Below are positions 1 through 13,400 of a stretch of DNA of 64,000 nt, piece after piece; the stretch's first letter is position 1; every line of letters starts with the position of its first letter. The notes under the pieces were generated by a model. That model worked only from the letters and a program-made list of their open reading frames with translations, had not been told where the DNA came from and ran no database searches. Source of the stretch: Macrostomum lignano (taxonomy: Eukaryota). The DNA lies in assembly GCA_002269645.1 (NCBI GenBank), contig NIVC01002151.1:124001-188000 (forward strand), read 5' to 3'. Both the position numbers and the translations under genes were made by a program.

Positions 1-3000
1 GAGCGATGCGGCACTGGAGTCCGAGTTCCGAGCGCTCCACGCTGCTCTGTTTTGCTGTCATCGGAGTCTCGATGGGCCCCATGATTGGCCTGCCAGTCTC
101 CCAGAAGGTGGAGACAGCTTGGGGCTGGGCGGTGGTGTTCTACATCTATGCCAACAGCGGCCTGATCTGGTGCGTGTTCTGGTGGCGGTTGGTGGACGAG
201 AAGCCGACTAAGGATGTTCATCTGAGCAGGAGGGAGAGCGACTACTTGGAGAGGTCGATCGGATCCAAGGTGCGCTCGCGTGTAATACCTTAATTGAGCT
301 GCGAGCTGCCCTGGATTCTCAGGTGTGGGGTTCTCAGGTGTGGGGTTCTCAGGTTTGGGGTTCTCAGATGTGGGGTTCTCAGGTGTAAGATTCTCAGGTT
401 TGCAGGGGTTCTCAGGTGTGGGGTTCTCAGGTGTGGGGTTCTCAGGTTTGGGGTTCTCAGGTGTGGGGTTCTCAGGTGTGGGGTTCTCAGGTGTGGGGTT
501 CTCAGGTGTGGGGTTCTCAGGTGTGGGGTTCTCAGGTGTGGGGTTCTCAGTTGTGGGTATTCTCAGGTTTAGATTCTGAGGGACGAGATTTTATGTGAGA
601 AACTAACGAATTTAAAAACGTTATTTCATAGAGTTGAGACTTTAAACTATTAAAAAGCAATAATAAGTTTCTTCAGTTCTGAAATACTTGAGCTTCTTAG
701 AATCTTCTGACCCCTTGACCACGCCGAAGCATCTGCAGACTTTTTTGTGAGAAATGAGAGATTTTTCTTAGAAATCAGCTGGAGGCCGGCAAGGAACGTG
801 TATTTGTCATATATTGCCAGTGCATTATAGATGTAGTCATTTTAGTGCATACGAGAAATAACACGTCTCTTTACCGGCCTTTAGCTTCTTAAAAAATCGA
901 GTTATAGCGACCTTCTGCTTCTGTCGTCCATGCTACCACTGAGCTAAATGTACTCTCTGATTAAATATTGTGATGTGCGTATAATCTTATTATAACAAAA
1001 ACTTTCAACCTGCAGGTACTCCGTGCTGACCGACGAATCCCGATTCCTTGGAAGTCGATTTTCACCTGCAAGCCTGTATTTGCTATCTTCATCACGTACG
1101 CGGCGGACGACTGGACATTCCAGATCAGTTCGGTGTGCATGCAGACCTACTATCACCAGATGTACGCCACCAGTGCCAGCGAGACCATCTTCCTGCTGTC
1201 ATTTCCGTTCTTGGCGAGGTCACTGTTTGTGCCCATTGGTGAGTTAGTTATAATAATTTTTTACTCTTACAGAGATTACGTCATGCGACAGAATAGCAGC
1301 CAAGAAGGCCATGCAGCTTGCACCTGCATTGATGTGCACCACCACGAATCACGCTTGAATCTGTGCGCAAAAAAGTGCATTTGGAACAAAAAAGAAATAA
1401 TACTTTTGAGCCAGACTAGTAAATTATTAATACGCTTTTAATTGTCGTGACTTTCCCAGCCATGCCATTTCATTAGTTCACCTTCATTTGTCTGTGTTTA
1501 CTCTGTTTTCTCTCTCTGTCTAGCTCAATCTTGTTATTCTTATCTCTCTCTCCCTTGCTGCCTTCTGATTGGCTCTCTTTTCTCGCCTCTCTCTTCTATA
1601 AATACATCGGTTTTGGGCCCTTCTCCTCTGTCTCTGTAATGTATCAGATTAAACATGCCTTTTGAGGGAGTTATGCCTTTTGAGGGAGTTTGAGGGAGTT
1701 TGAGGGAGTTTTAACTCCCTCAAAAGGCATGTTTAATCTGATACATAATCCATAGAAATAAAGACTTTCCGTGACAATATTTGCGTTCTCCGGGATTTTA
1801 TTTGGTAATATTCAAATGGTAATACCGACCTCAAACCCATAGAATATCTTATTTAAACTACTTTAATTTTGCGGGATGTATTCAGATAAATCCCGGAGCC
1901 ATACTTGTATGTCTATGGTTGAAGTTGGGGATGGGGTGTGGGGGCGAAGCCCCCACATTCTTACCATAGACAAAATTTCATTAAGAAATTTCTCGAGTCA
2001 CGAAGGAAGAAAAGAGAGAAGCTCGCTTATTTAGATACATACAATAATCCTTGCAATATGTCAGGGAAAGTGATCGATTAAATCCCGCAAAATAAAATCT
2101 ATGTCAATAACCTCCCTGAAAGTGAGCTTTAAAGTGGTTTAAACGAGATTACACATGCCTTTTTCGGGAGTTATTTTCATAAATCCCTCGGGCCTCAGGC
2201 CTCAGGCCCTCGTGATCATGGATGAATGAATAGAATGGATTGCTATTCTGGCTCTGGCTATTTTCGTTTTTGACTCTTTTGCATCCGGTTCCCCCCCGTG
2301 CCTTTTCATTGGTTGATGATTTCCATGGACAATTTTCGGCCTTTGCCCCTTTCTTTCGATGCACAAGCGCAAAGAACTGAGAATTTCAACAAAGTTCAAT
2401 TTCAACACAAGTAACTTCTATTTACTAACAAGAAAGCGCTTGTGTATCGAAAGAAAGGGGCAAAGGCCGAAAATTGTCTATGGAAATCATCAACCAATGA
2501 AAAGGCACGGGGGGGAACTGGATGCAAAAGAGTCAAAAACGAAAATAGCCAGAGCCAGAATAGCAATCCATTCTATTCCTTCATCCATGCTCGTGATTTA
2601 TACAAATAACTCCCTCAAAAGGCATGTTTAATCTGATACATATGGATTTTAACTGTGAACTTTTACGCATGCGATTGAACTATCTATGGTCATAATTCTC
2701 GAAGACCCAGACAGTTACTAAAGAGCTGGGCGCACTAGGGAAAATGGAATTAACTAACGAAATAGCGGAGCGAGACAAGGGCTCCTGATAACGAATTATT
2801 TCCGCTCCTTTTTGTTAACACAAATATACGATTAGACGGAACGAACCGTCTTGCGAATACACATCATTTATTTTATACTATTATTTTCTCTAGAATAAAA
2901 AAATTAATTCGTAAAATTGTGTAGAACCTGAAATACTGATAAAACTAATTTCCGGAATTTCATTATAACGATCGACATTTAAACGACACTGACGACTAAA

Positions 3001-3450
3001 TATGAAAAAATAAAGTATCATTTTCAGCGAAATAAAGTCGAACTTTTTAGCAATTTTTCCAGATTACTTTTTAATTTTGATTGATAATTACATTAAAGCT
3101 TTCGTGCTTTGGCAAAATTAAATTAATTTACAAGTAGAAAAAAACTGTTTAAAATCCACCCAAATATTTTTCAATCTCGCTATTGCAATTTTCAAAGCAA
3201 TATTAGCATTGCTGCTTTCAGAAAATTGTTCTTATGATTTTTCTTCCAAATCAGCGCGTAAAATCGGCCGAAGGTTACACTAATCTTGGATTGTTTCTTG
3301 GATAATCCATTTTATGGACCAGATCGGCTCTATCAACAATGTGCATTTTTTACAGCTGAAACCGGTGGAAAAACAGGAAAAAGCCAGCTAAAAAATCGCA
3401 TGGAAAAATTATCGATCCGAAATCGGATTTTTTCCTGCCTTCCCCCGGTC

Positions 3451-3541
<91 letters not shown>

Positions 3542-6500
3542 TAACGCCGTCTAGCATGGTTTAGTTGGTGGTAAGAAAATGAAAAGAAATCCGAATCCCA
3601 ACTGTTTGATCCATATCTGTTTCTCTCTCGTTATTCCGCTCTAGTCTACTCAATTGTTTGTTGGCCTCCTTTTCTGCCTATACACGCCTGGCTGAGTCCG
3701 CCTCACAATATGACCGGACCTGCTTCTCTTTGTACCAAAAGAATTTTTTTATTGCGTGCAGAATTCCCTGTTTATTGCTACAGTAAAGCCAGGCGCGATG
3801 CCAAATTAGCAGTTGATCTTTTTTGTAGGCATTGTTGCTGAGGCCCTGTGCTCTTTTGATTGCTTTTGGGGAATAAAAAGTCTGTGTCTGAGGCCATGCC
3901 ATTTGTTCTGTGTTACTTCTACGGCAGCTAAGGGTTCTTTTGACTCCTTTATCTTCTCTCCTCTTTCTCCTTTCCTCTCTCCTTTCTCTTCTCTCCTCCC
4001 TCCCTTTTCCTCTCTCCTCTCTCCTCCCTCCTTTCTTCTCTCTCCTCTATCCTCCCTCCTCTCTCCTCTCTCCTCTCTCCTCTCTCCTCTCTCCTCTCTC
4101 CTCTCTCCTCCCTTTTCTCTCCTCTCTCCTCCCTTTTCTCTCCTTTCTCTTCTCTTCTCCTCTCTCCTCCCTCCTTTGTCCTCTCTCCTCCCTCCTTTGT
4201 CCTCTCTCCTCTCTCCTCTCTCCTCCCTCCTCTCTCCTCTCTCCTCTCTCCTCTCTCCTCCCTCCTCCCTCCTCTCTCCTCTCTCCTCTCTCCTCTCTCC
4301 TCTCTCCTCTATCCTCTCTCCTTTCTCTTCTCTCCTCCCTCCTTTTTCCTACCTCCTCTCTTCTCTCCCCTCTCTCTCCTCTCTCCTCTCTCCTCTCTTC
4401 TCTCTCCCTTCTCCTCTCCACTCTCTCCTCTCTCTCATCTATCGTTTCTCATCAGTCCTCTCCCCTTTCTTCTTCCTCCTCTCTCCTTTCTCTTCTCTCT
4501 CTCCTCTCCTCTCTCCACACTCCTCTCCCACTTTCCTCTCTTCCTTCTCCCTTCTCATGCAATTTGCAGAGCCAAAGGATTACTGACAATCCGAAAATCG
4601 CTGCACCGTCACATAAGATCGCAGATTTGATCAGAACTTTATTAAAATTGTTCCCCTTGAATCAGCTTACTAAATCCTTTCATCTTTGGCCTTACATTAC
4701 AATTTTTTTGTCTCTTGAACATTTTGTGAAGGTGCACGCTCGAAAATTACGCATACAGTGTAGTACATATATGCACGCAGTGACTCAATTTATCGATTTT
4801 TAGGAGTTTAATTTCTAATCCCCTACCCGAAATTCCCACACCGAAATATCCACACCGAAGTCTCCACATCGAAATCCTCACACCGAAATCCCCATACCGA
4901 AATCCCCATACCGAAATCCCCATACCGAAATCCCCATACCGAAATCCCCATACCGAAATCCCCATACCGAGATCCCCATACCGAAATCCCCATACCGAAA
5001 TCCCCATACCGAAATCCCCATACCGAAATCCCCATACCGAAATCCCCATACCGAAATCCCCATACCGAAATCCCCATACTAAACTTCCCACACTGGAACC
5101 TGAAAATCCCAAATCACCACCCGCCAGGCGGTCTCCTGGCCGACTACGTGAAGCTGCGAACGAACTTGAGCTGGACGGTTGTTCGAAAGATTTTTGCCGG
5201 CCTCGGCTTCGGCCTCAAAGCCGTCTTCTTTGTGGCTCTCGGCTTCGCCGCGGATGCAGTCCTGGCTACCGTGCTGCTGTCGCTAGCGCTGGGTAATGAG
5301 ACAAATTTTAAATCCCCCTTACTGGATCCCTGATTTTTGGATCTTCCATTTTGGAGTACTTATTTTGGAACATCCAATTGAAATCCCCCATTTTGAAATC
5401 CCCCAATCTGAAATCCCCACTTTGAAGTCCTCCATTTTGAAATCCCCAATTTGAAATCCCCCATTTTGAAATCCCCAAATTGAAATTCCCATTTTGAAAT
5501 CCCCATTTTGAAATTCTCATTTTGAAGTCCCCATTACGAAAATCTCATTTTTCAATTCCTCTTTTTTAAATCCCCATTTTGAGCACCCTATTTTGGGAAA
5601 ACCATTCGGAATTCATACTTTTTTCAACTCGCATTCTTAAATCCTTCTTTAGGTCCCTCAGTCTCTTAAATACTGTAAATTCCCACAATCTAAATTTAAA
5701 ATTTCTGTTTTTATTAAATTAACATATTTATCAACTGCTTTCCAGGCTTTTCCGGTCTGGCAGTGGCCGGCTACGCTGTCAACGTGATGGAGCTCGCCCC
5801 CATCTTCTGCGGCCTGGTGATGGGGTTCGCCAGCTGCATCAGCACCGTCACGGGTGCGTGTCCGCCTATAGCAAATGTGTCCACCTATGACAGATGTGTC
5901 CACCTATGACAGATGTGTCCATCTATGACAGATGTGTCCACCTATGACAGATGTGTCCACCTATGACAGATGTGTCCACCTATGACAGATGTGTCCATCT
6001 ATGACAGATGTGTCCACCTATGACAGATGTGTCCACCTATGACAGATGTGTCCACCTATGACAGATGTGTCCATCTATGACAGATGTGTCCACAAATCAA
6101 TCACAGATGTGTCAACCTATCAATCACACAGATGTGTCCACCTATCAATCACACAGATGTTTCCACCTACCAATCACAGATGTGTCCACCTACCAATCAC
6201 AGATGTGTCCACCTACCAATCACAGATGTGTCCACCTACCAATCACAGATGTGTCCACCTACCAATCACAGATGTGTCCACCTATCAATCACACAGATGT
6301 GTCCACCTATCAATCACACAGATGTGTCCACCTATCAATCACACAGATGTGTCCACCTATCAATCACACAGATGTGTCCACCTATCAATCACACAGATGT
6401 GTCCACCTATCAATCACACAGATGTGTCCACCTATCAATCACACAGATGTGTCCATCTATGACAAATGTGTCCACAGATCAATCACAGATGTGTCCACCT

Positions 6501-8281
6501 ATCAATCACACAGATGTGTCCACCTATCAATCACACAGATGTGTCCACCTATCAATCACACAGATGTGTCCACCTATCAATCACACAGATGTGTCCACCT
6601 ATCAATCACAGATGTGTCCACCTATCAATCACACAGATGTGTCCACCTATCAATCACAGATGTGTCCATCTATGACAAATGTGTCCACAGATCAATCACA
6701 GATGTGTCCATCTACCAATCACAGATTTGTGATGTGTCCACCTACCAATCACAGATGTGTCCACCTACCAATCACAGATGTGTTCACCTATCAATCACAC
6801 AGATGTGTCCACCTATCAATCACACAGATGTGTCCACCTATCAATCACACAGATGTGTCCACCTATCAATCACACAGATGTGTTCACCTATCAATCACAC
6901 AGATGTGTCCACCTATCAATCACACAGATGTGTCCACCTATCAATCACACAGATGTGTTCACCTATCAATCACACAGATGTGTCCACCTATCAATCACAG
7001 GTGTGTCCACCCATGACAAATGTGTCCGCAGATCAATCACAGATGTGTCCACCTATCAAACACACAGATGTGTCCACCTACCAATCACAGATGTGTCCAC
7101 CTATCAATCACACAGATGTCTCCACCTACCAATCACAGATGTGTCCACCTATCAATCACACAGATGTGTCCACCTATCAATCACACAGATGTGTCCACCT
7201 ATCAATCACACAGATGTGTCCACCTACCAAACACAGATGTGTCCACCTACCAATCACAGATGTGTCCACCTATGAATCACACAGACGTGTCCACCTATCA
7301 ATCACAGATGTGTCCACCTATAAATCACACAGATGTGTCCACCTATCAATCACAGATGTGTCCACCTACCAAACACAGATGTGTCCACCTACCAATCACA
7401 GATGTGTCCACCTATCAATCACACAGACGTGTCCACCTATCAATCACAGATGTGTTCACCTATCAATCACACAGACCTATCCACCTACCAATCACAGATG
7501 TGTCCACCTACCAATCACAGATGTGTCCGCCTACTAATCACAAAGATTTGTCCACCTAGCAATCACAGATGCGTCCACCTATCAATCACACATGTGTCCA
7601 CAAATCAATCACTGATGTGTCCACCTACCAATCACAGATGTGTCCACCTACTAAGCACAGATGTGTCTACCTACCAATCACAGATGTGTCCACCTATCAA
7701 TTACAGATGTGTCCACCTACCAATCACAGATGTGTCCACCTATCAATCACAAAGATGTATCCACCTACCAATCACAGATGTGTCCGCCTATCAATCACAA
7801 AGATGTGTCCACCTAGCAATCACAGATGTGTCCGCCTATCAATCACAAAGATGTGTCCACCTAGCAATCACAGATGTGTCCACCTATCAATCACAGATGT
7901 GTCCACCTAATAAGCACAGATGTGTCCACCTAGCAATCACAGATGTGTCCACTGCCCCCGCTCGCAGGCATGCTATCAACGGTGGTGGCCACTCTGATTG
8001 TCCAACCGTCGCCAGACATCGAGCGAGTGAGGCTGGAGTGGCTGATTGCTCTCAGCTGCGCTGCGGTGACGCAACTGGTTGCCTGCGTAGTCTACCTGCT
8101 GTTCGCCTCGGCCGAGGAGCAGCCGTGGTCGGCTTCCACCATCGATCCGGTTGGAGGCAGCCATCAGTGCGGTGATGCCACCGCGGTGACAACGCCAAGT
8201 CATTCGCCAACTGGAGTGCCGAGAGGCGGCGGTGGCGCCGTCAAAGGGGAAGAATTTTTCAAAGACGACGTTTTCTTTTAA
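1..8281 (+). CDS. SLC17-family (sialin/VGLUT/phosphate transporter-like) MFS anion transporter, 3' part; exons <1-269, 1016-1238, 5128-5292, 5746-5853, 7968-8281
   Basis: Manual splicing with GT/AG sites and consistent phases (0,1,1,1) gives WSPSSERSTL...GWAVVFYIY...IPWKSIFTCKPVFAI...VRKIF...GYAVNVMELAPIFCGLVMG...FASAEEQPW. These match SLC17 hallmark motifs (W.P..ERS, GW..VFY, PW..I, N..D/E.AP, E.Q.W). The 5' end lies outside the window and the subfamily is not resolvable. Confidence 0.9.
313..570 (+). repeat. 15-bp minisatellite (GGGGTTCTCAGGTGT)n in SLC17 intron
   Basis: About 17 tandem copies read directly. Confidence 0.95.
1639..1746. mobile_element. Minimal foldback/MITE with 35-bp perfect inverted arms
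   Basis: ATGTATCAGATTAAACATGCCTTTTGAGGGAGTTA at 1639-1673 and its exact reverse complement at 1712-1746. The same terminus recurs at 2607-2641. Confidence 0.75.
2145..2641. mobile_element. Foldback MITE, ~210-bp inverted arms around a ~65-bp spacer
   Basis: 2145-2366 is the near reverse complement of 2435-2641. This explains the duplicated ORFs on opposite strands. Same terminal sequence as 1639-1746. Confidence 0.8.
3452..3541. repeat. (GA)n microsatellite
   Basis: Direct reading. Confidence 0.97.
3950..4555. repeat. CT-rich low-complexity tract (CTCTC/CTCTCCT-type units)
   Basis: Almost purely pyrimidine, degenerate short units. Confidence 0.9.
4822..5095. repeat. 14-bp minisatellite (CCGAAATCCCCATA)n running up to the splice acceptor at 5127
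   Basis: Direct reading of tandem copies. Confidence 0.95.
5310..5600. repeat. Degenerate TTTTGAAATCCCCCA-type tandem repeat
   Basis: Multiple diverged GAAATCCCC units in the intron downstream of exon 5128-5292. Confidence 0.75.
5856..7952. repeat. Compound minisatellite: 19-bp (ATGTGTCCACCTATGACAG) grading into 23/25-bp (AGATGTGTCCACCTA[C/T]CAATCAC[AC]) units, filling SLC17 intron 5854-7967
   Basis: Direct reading. The array starts at the donor and ends about 15 bp before the acceptor. Confidence 0.95.
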
Positions 8282-8404
8282 AATAGAGAACCTAAAAAAC
8301 GAAAGAAAATGGAATAATGCACCGACTGTCTACTAAAAGTAGTGCGACTATTATAAACCAAAATGAGAAAACTTGCTCTCGATGTTCTACTGTAATTCTA
8401 TTGT

Positions 8405-8910
8405 CATGTCTAACAGGTTTTGAATATCATGTCTAACATGTTGTGAAGATCATGTCTAACATGTTGTGAATATCATGTCTAACAGGTTGTGAATATCATG
8501 TCTAACAGGTTGTGAAGATCATGTCTAACAGGTTGTGAATATCATGTCTAACAGGTTGTAAATATCATGTCTAACAGGTTGTGAATATCATGTCTAACGG
8601 GTTATGAAGATCATGTCTAACAGGTTGTGAATATCATATCTAACAGGTTGTGAAGATCATATCTAACAGGTTGTGAATATCATGTCTAACAGGTTGTGAA
8701 TATCATGTCTAACAGGTTGTGCATATCATGTCTAACAGGTTGTGAAGATCACGTCTTACAGGTTGTGAATATCATGTCTAACAGGTTGTGAAGATCATAT
8801 CTAACAGGTTGTGAATATCATGTCTTACAGGTTGTGAATATCATGTCTAACAGGTTGTGAATATCATGTCTAACAGGTTGTGAAGATCACGTCTAACAGG
8901 TTGTGTATAA
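8405..8910. repeat. 23-bp minisatellite (TCATGTCTAACAGGTTGTGAATA)n
   Basis: Period of 23 measured; about 22 copies. Confidence 0.95.
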
Positions 8911-8993
8911 CATTTTGTAAAAATAACGCCTAAGAAGCTATGAAGTTTTTACTTAGTATCTGACGGATTGGTATAGAAGCCGTATCTAACCGG

Positions 8994-9435
<442 letters not shown>

Positions 9436-9715
9436 CAAAAAATCAAGAAATTCAACGAAATGCGCAGCTTTAAGCCACTGACAAGCCGGAGTTGGAATCT
9501 GGGTTGAATTCTTCTTAGCTCAGGAACCACTTGGCTTAGAATGTATTTTTTTAATCATCTAGTTGCGGATAGAGTGGGGAGGTCTTTGCAAGTTGTCTAT
9601 TATTGCCGCAATCTGAAATTAATTCATTGAATAAAATTGGATTCCATTCAGGCTCCGATATTTTTCATAGAAAATCTTCAATGGCTCGAGCCTCCGCCAC
9701 CTCACCCAAGCCGGC

Positions 9716-10042
9716 TCATCTCCCGTAGTTTGTGGCGAACCGCAGGCTGTCTCTGAAACCGCGCTTGCTTTTAAAATTGGCGCCAACGCGGACTGGCGGC
9801 GCCGAATCAGCGCTTGTGTCGACTGGATCGACCATTTCAGCGACGTCGGACGCTGCGTCGGCGGCGTCGATCAGAGCGACGCTCAGTCGGCTCAGCAGGA
9901 GGGCTTCGGCGATGCGGACTCGGCGGCGAGCCTCCAAGCTGCGGCTGACCGACGGCAGCGCCTGGACGGCCGGCGCCATCGGCTGCAGGACCAGGAGGGC
10001 AGCCAGAGTGACCGTCAGGCGAATTTTGCTGCTGGCTGGCAT
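9716..10042 (-). CDS. Secreted neuropeptide precursor (108 aa); predicted mature peptide GFRDSLRFATNY-amide, allatotropin/orexin-like
   Basis: MPASSKIRLTVTLAALLVLQPMAPAVQA- is a hydrophobic signal-like N-terminus, followed by an RRR site and an acidic spacer, then KR-GFRDSLRFATNY-G-R-stop (dibasic cleavage plus amidation signal). GC-rich, like the other coding regions in this window. Confidence 0.8.
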   Translation of the reverse strand: MPASSKIRLTVTLAALLVLQPMAPAVQALPSVSRSLEARRRVRIAEALLLSRLSVALIDAADAASDVAEMVDPVDTSADSAPPVRVGANFKSKRGFRDSLRFATNYGR

Positions 10043-10076
10043 GCTGGCTGAGTGGTTGAGGGACCGAGGTGGGCGT

Positions 10077-10396
<320 letters not shown>

Positions 10397-10400
10397 TCTA

Positions 10401-13400
10401 CTGTCTGTGTGTTTACGTGGACTTTTTGGAAGTTCAGTAGCCTCGTTAGCTGGACCACCCGGTGTAGGTAGACCACTTAGGTGGACCACCAAATAATTTT
10501 GTCTCTGGTGGGGTTAAGACGTTGATGAGGATCTCACATTAATGTCAGGCGGGTCAAGAAAGGCTTAAGCAATTTTGGGATGTCTAGCATGGTTTTTTCC
10601 AAAGTTATTTGCATTTCAGTTTAGCTGGACCTCCAGCCTGGTCTACCTAAACCGAGCGAGTCTGGTCCACGTAAACCGAAAATTTTAGAAAATTTTTCGA
10701 AAATCGTCTGTTTGTGTCTGTTTGTGTCTGTTTGTGTCTGTTTGTGTATAGCAGTTATTAAGCATAGATTCAATGCAAAACTGAATTTTTTACAGATCAT
10801 TACCTTACGAACAAAGGGGTATGTTGGCATCATATTATGACCGCTACTGGCTTTAAAACAATATGCAATATATCAAAGAACAATATTCTTTGACATTCAA
10901 GTAGGTACGCAGGTTAATTAAAAATTCTGAAACCTCGTATGCGAAATGATTTTGATACAGTAAACTTTAAACTCCATTTAATTAGCTCAGTTCCAGCAAT
11001 TCCGGTATCGTACTCTGAGCACAGACTCACAGAGTAAGACACCAACGTAAAGAAATCCAATTCGCTAACCAGATCAAACGATAAAGACTCCGAGACAAGA
11101 AAGATATTTAAGTGAAGCCTAAATAGTATTCTTCAATGACTTCTCAAGAACTCCCAGTGGTCCTTGATAGCCACACTGTGTAAATGCGAATTTCTGAGGC
11201 TCTACCATTACACAAGAAGAAAATAGCAACTTCATGAATTAAGTGCTTGCCAATTCTATCCTAAACACTATGGGATATCCTGTTCTATCCTCCTCCAATT
11301 TTGGAAGAAGAAGATCCTAAGCTGCAGCCTTTCAAGTGCAAAGTTGAAGATGCAATTTACCTAATTGAAAAGGACAATTCATACATGTACATGCAAAAGA
11401 TTTGATCAAGAGGACGCAATTAAGAAGGGCCTTTTAGCTAGCGATCGGGTCTCTGACTCTCTAGCAAAAGGTCGACTTGATTGCGGTCCCAGTAAAACTA
11501 AGAACGCATTAACAGTCAGCCTAACACTCACTGTCTGTTTGGTCCACGTAAACACATGTGCAGGAGTATAGGGTTGGAACAGACAGACAGACAGACCTCC
11601 CTTTCTATAATTGGCTGGTTAACACTTAGGAGGATAGATCCACCCCAACATTGGGACCGACCGCAGCCAATAGGAAACCCGCAAGCGTTCTGAAGGTAAG
11701 ACAGTGGAGAGAGGGATATATAATGTCTAAGCGGGTGGTCCACGTAAACCATGGCGTAGTGAGACCAGACACAGACAGTTTAAAAGAAAGTACTTATAAT
11801 CTATACTATACAACTCTAAAGGATTGCAATTGTATAGATTAGAACGGTTTTTTTATACTTAATAGGTCTAATGTTAATCCTTACTCCAAGTTTCATCCAT
11901 ATATAAATTTATTGTGCCAAAAACTGTAATCTACAACCAAGATATGATGACCCGCAAAAAAGGACGCCAGGCCTAAAAAAAACTAAAAAAACACCGTCGC
12001 AAAAAGCCACTGCGAAATCGAAGAAGCCGCATCGCCTGGTGAAAATCATCAGTCTGCTCGCAGATCCGTCGACACCGAGTCCAGAAAAGTGAGTTTCGTT
12101 TGATGATCTCAAAGTAGCTAGCTGCAAGGCCTGCAACTCAATTGCTGTAGAGAAGCTGGTCCACCTAACCTACAGACACAACTGAAGCAGCTCTCTCAGT
12201 CTGTTTGAGGCTTTGGCTCTCAGAAGGTGGTCCACCTAACCTACAGACACAACTCGAACAGATTTCTCTGTCTGTTTGAGGCTCTGGCTCTCAGAGCCGC
12301 CGAGAAAGTTTAGTGCCGAGAATGCTTCAGTTTGTTAGAATGCAATCAGAACAGATTCCTAGAAAGTGAGCTAGTCCAGCATCAAGGCAGAACATCTGGA
12401 TGTGTAAGGAGAGGCTCTCGGAGATTCCTGGCTCAGATTATCGCCTAGAAGTGCTGTGGAGTAGCTGGTCCGCCTAACCTACAGACACAACTCGAACAGA
12501 TTTCTCTGTCTGTTTAGGGCTCTGGCTCTTAGGTGGTCCACATAACCTACAGACACAACTGAAGCAGCTCTCTCAGTCTGTTTGAGGCTTTGGCTCTCAG
12601 TAGCTGGTCCACCTAACCTACAGACACAACTCGAACAGATTTCTCTGTCTGTTTAAGGCTCTGGCTCTCAGAGCCGCCGAGAAAGCTTAGTGCCGAGAAT
12701 GCTTCAGTTTGTTAGAATGCAATCAGAACAGATTCCTAGAAAGTGAGCTAGTCCAGCATCAAGGCAGAACATCTGGATGTGTAAAGAGAGGCTCTCGGAG
12801 ACTCCTGGCTCAGATTATCGCCTAGAAGTGCTTTGGAGTAGCTGGTCCACCTAACCTACAGACACAACTCGAACAGATTTCTGTCTGTTTGAGGCTCTGG
12901 CTCTCAGAGCCGCCGAGAAAGCTTAGTGCCGAGAATGCTTCAGTTTGTTAGAATGCAATCAGAACAGATTCCTAGAAAGTGAGCTAGTCCAGCATCAAGG
13001 CAGAACATCTGGATGTGTAACGAAAGTCTCTCGGAGACTCCTGGCTCAGATTATCGCCTAGAAGTGCTTTGGAGTAGCTGGTCCACCTAACCTACAGACA
13101 CAACTCGAACAGATTTCTCTGTCTGTTTAGGGCTCTGGCTCTCAGAGCCGCCGAGAAAGTTTAGTGCCGAGAATGCTTCAGTTTGTTAGAATGCAATCAG
13201 AACAGATTCCTAGAAAGTGAGCTAGTCCAGCATCAAGGCAGAACATCTGGATGTGTAACGAAAGTCTCTCGAAGACTCCTGGCTCAGATTATCGCCTAGA
13301 AGTGCTGTGGAGTAGCTGGTCCACCTAACCTACAGACACAACTCGAACAGATTTCTCTGTCTGTTTAGGGCTCTGGCTCTCAGAGCCGCCGAGAAAGTTT

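Noticed and set aside
6046-7910. Long Cys/His-rich ORFs (MCPPINHTDVSTYQSHRCVHL repeats)
   Set aside because: Open in all three frames because they lie in the intronic minisatellite of SLC17.
10900-11950. Possible decayed transposase inside the 10.4-17.2 kb unit
   Set aside because: Only short ORFs with no recognisable catalytic motifs.
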